Source: an uncultured virus (IMG/VR IMGVR_UViG_3300042276_000826)
Lineage: Duplodnaviria; Heunggongvirae; Uroviricota; Caudoviricetes
DNA: 64,000 bases
Direction: 5' to 3' (one strand)
IMG/VR virus record: IMGVR_UViG_3300042276_000826
Of this stretch, positions 62,801 to 64,000 are shown piece after piece. The translations under genes were made by a program, and so were the position numbers. Below the pieces are notes generated by a model. The model was not told the DNA's origin and did not search any database. It saw only the letters and a list, made by a program, of their open reading frames with translations. Each line of letters begins with the position of its first letter. Positions within the stretch are counted from its first letter, which is position 1.

Positions 62801-63709
62801 ACAATTCAAGAAACAAAAGTAGAGTATATCACCAACTCAAGAACAATCCACGAGATCAACAATTCAATTGCCTACTATAACTATGAAGGTAATCATTTTA
62901 GAGTATTTGAATCATTTGAAGATGCAAAAGCGTTTACAAATGGAGAAGATGTCTATATAAAAGAGGATTTTGACTCAGAAGAAGATTTAGACGTATTTTT
63001 AGAAAATACGGATATTTGTTCAGTATGTGGAGAAATTTGTGGGCCAGATGATGAGTGCTATTACGATGAAGAAACGAGTGATGCTTGTTGCACTATATGT
63101 TGTTTCTACGATGAACGAGACAATGTTTACCGAAAAGGTAATGAATTAGAGTTTAGGCTTAAAGAATTTGCTGAAGGTAGTGAATGTTGTCCTCATTGTG
63201 GGGGTGATTATAAACAAGTTGAAAACGATGAAGATTTTGATTGTATAATTGAAAATTATCAATGCAATGAGTGTAATAAACGATGGTTTAAGCGATACTC
63301 TTTTGACAAGGTTGGAGCAGGTGATTCAATGCATATAATTACATCAGAGGATGAAGAGATGCTTGCATCTGAAAACAAAGCAATGGGTGATTTTCTTGAA
63401 AACCAAATTGGTTTTTCACAAGAAGATGTGTCAACTATTGCTAATGATAGCAAGCAATTGTATTGCGTACATGTGACATGCAACAATTCATTGCAGCACT
63501 ACTCTATGTATGTAACGGAAGACAAAGCAAAAGAGAAATATTTAGAGCTTTGTAAGAAGTGGTATGCCGAAAATGGTGTAGAAAATCTTAGAGAAGTCGT
63601 AGAAGACTTAAAACTTAATGATATTCAATTCTATGATGGATATTATGGTTCAGAAGAATACTACGATGCTTGTGATGGTGCACATGTTGCGTGGGAGAAG
63701 TTATCGTGA
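62798..63709 (+). CDS. acidic multi-CxxC (Zn-binding) hypothetical protein
   Basis: CSVCGEIC, CCTICC, CPHC, CNEC; start after an RBS at 62798. Confidence 0.65.
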   Translation: MTIQETKVEYITNSRTIHEINNSIAYYNYEGNHFRVFESFEDAKAFTNGEDVYIKEDFDSEEDLDVFLENTDICSVCGEICGPDDECYYDEETSDACCTICCFYDERDNVYRKGNELEFRLKEFAEGSECCPHCGGDYKQVENDEDFDCIIENYQCNECNKRWFKRYSFDKVGAGDSMHIITSEDEEMLASENKAMGDFLENQIGFSQEDVSTIANDSKQLYCVHVTCNNSLQHYSMYVTEDKAKEKYLELCKKWYAENGVENLREVVEDLKLNDIQFYDGYYGSEEYYDACDGAHVAWEKLS

Positions 63710-64000
63710 GAAAACATCTATCTATTTTAAAAGAAGAAGAGGAAGTGGTTATTGAAAAAAATCAACTCATTTATCAAATCTTTCTAAGATGCGATGGAGA
63801 TTATGAGTACAACGTTTTTGATTTAACCGATTTTATTCCAGGGGATGTTTTGAATGTTCACGATGGTGGAACTATTGACACAATAGAAGACGTGGCTGAG
63901 TTCTTAAAAACACTTTAATTATTAAAACAAGGAGATCAACAATGAAAATTAATAATTATACAACGAAAAAAATTGGATATGCGGGGTTGCTTAAATTAAG

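Overview
AT-rich 64 kb segment of a large conjugative plasmid or ICE, probably from a Campylobacterota host (inferred from the SSB N-terminus). 1-39.8 kb is almost all minus strand. It holds an F-type conjugation block (traA-L-E-K, traG-like), an HD protein that may be a relaxase, a repeat cluster that may be oriT or an operator, a UvrD-like helicase and many small accessory genes. These include an AcrIII-1/DUF1874-like ring nuclease, a nucleoside deoxyribosyltransferase, a NUDIX hydrolase, a C5 methyltransferase and an SNase, and four near-perfect sigma70 promoters lie among them. A complete IS605-type element with an extra ORF splits a small secreted-protein gene. 40.6-64 kb is plus strand: ssb, recT, exonuclease, primase, HD, ardC, AAA/vWA, a DUF4942-like MTase, radC and an MTase split by an intact group II intron. 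The most striking feature lies at the strand switch (~40.1-41.7 kb): a Tetrahymena-like (IC1-type) group I ribozyme core with P5abc. It has no recognisable host gene, carries a 222-aa non-nuclease ORF in a stem-closed loop, and sits inside a larger structured RNA. The plus-strand arm also has an 11-copy translation-initiation motif (AGGAGATCAA) and a family of two-hairpin intergenic elements. All calls come from motif reading by eye; no database searches were run.
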